Assembly: GCA_963841015.1 (NCBI GenBank)
Contig: CAWJAX010000005.1
Coordinates: 320,001-384,000, forward strand
Reading direction: 5' to 3'
Length of the DNA: 64,000 nt
Origin: an uncultured Methanoregulaceae archaeon
GTDB lineage: Archaea > Halobacteriota > Methanomicrobia > Methanomicrobiales > Methanospirillaceae
Both the position numbers and the translations under genes were made by a program. Under the pieces are notes generated by a model. That model saw only the letters and a list, made by a program, of their open reading frames with translations. It searched no databases and was not told where the DNA came from. Positions within the stretch are counted from its first letter, which is position 1; each line of letters starts with the position of its first letter. Positions 63,368 through 64,000 of the stretch are shown in pieces.

Positions 63368-63862
63368 TCAGGGATGTACATCACTCTTGATAATTACTGC
63401 ACCTTTCATGTCCGGGTAGTTGGGATCGGTGATCTCATGAGTGCCTTCCCACGAACCAAAGGTATAACTCCATGTTGCACCCGGTATAATCTCCCCGGAA
63501 TTAAAACCGCCCTCCGGGGAGCTCATCTTTAAGGAATGGACCGTTCCATCATCATTTTTCCATGTGATTCCTGTATGAGGAAGAACGGTCAGTACCTGGG
63601 GAACAAATGAATTATTCTTCATCTGGATGACAGTGACGACTTTACCTGTCGGGGATTCAGTTCTTTTTGTTGTGGGGAGCTGCGTTGTTGCAACAGTGGT
63701 TGGAATCGATGTCGTTACTACGGTCAATTCGGAGGTTGGAATGGGAGTCGTAACAATCGTTGGCTGAGTGGTAGTGACTGGTTCTGGTACAGGTTGCTGG
63801 GTACATCCCATGAATGCTACAAAAGCAATCACAAGAAAAAATAAAACAATACATTTCTTCAT
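63368..63862 (-). CDS. Lipoprotein with Thr/Pro linker and cupredoxin-like domain lacking the Cys ligand
   Basis: FMGC lipobox; F.P..L.V...T...W.N.D...H, SG.I.PG..WSYTF, MKG..I. Confidence 0.78.
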   Translation of the reverse strand: MKKCIVLFFLVIAFVAFMGCTQQPVPEPVTTTQPTIVTTPIPTSELTVVTTSIPTTVATTQLPTTKRTESPTGKVVTVIQMKNNSFVPQVLTVLPHTGITWKNDDGTVHSLKMSSPEGGFNSGEIIPGATWSYTFGSWEGTHEITDPNYPDMKGAVIIKSDVHP

Positions 63863-64000
63863 GAAATGTAAATTGTTTTCACCCTGTAATTAAATTTACT
63901 TACCTGCTCGCGATTATTTTCCTCCCCGCTCTTTAAAAAATCGTTTGAAATTCGAAATACCTGAACATGGCTAAAATTCCATGATTTTATCCTGATAAAT

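Noticed and set aside
39-63854. Numerous antisense or overlapping ORFs in the six-frame track (e.g. 40432..41208, 47576..48301, 61421..62083)
   Set aside because: They are shadows of well-supported genes on the opposite strand or frame and carry no motifs.

Overview
Archaeal chromosomal segment from a Methanomicrobiales methanogen, probably Methanoregula-like (inferred from gene content). It is mostly housekeeping: cofD, the archaeal modified mevalonate pathway (ubiX, UbiD-like decarboxylase, AcnX large subunit, plus hmgA, HMG-CoA synthase, thiolase, DUF35), PolD large subunit with a Gln-terminated mini-intein, tRNA-Leu(CAA), aIF-1A, hisG, ribK/ribB, RPA, cbiZ, pyrF, dhs, tiaS and thermosome. 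Three accessory-looking blocks stand out. (1) A rearranged A/V-type ATPase locus (K-E-C-F-A-B-D converging on H-I), flanked by a divergent pair of unknown paralogues, a small leader gene and a DUF1646 transporter. (2) A five-gene type IV pilin-like operon, one pilin extended by four tandem adhesin repeats, converging on a large secreted Ig/vWA adhesin. (3) A nuclease-less type IIG-like methyltransferase with a degenerate catalytic motif (APPPY), next to a small PD-(D/E)XK-like gene. Eight genes carry single-base frameshifts that cluster at TCAG and GTAC motifs, most likely motif-dependent sequencing errors that may reflect DNA modification. No CRISPR array, rRNA, integrase or transposase was seen. 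All calls come from reading the sequence; no searches were run.
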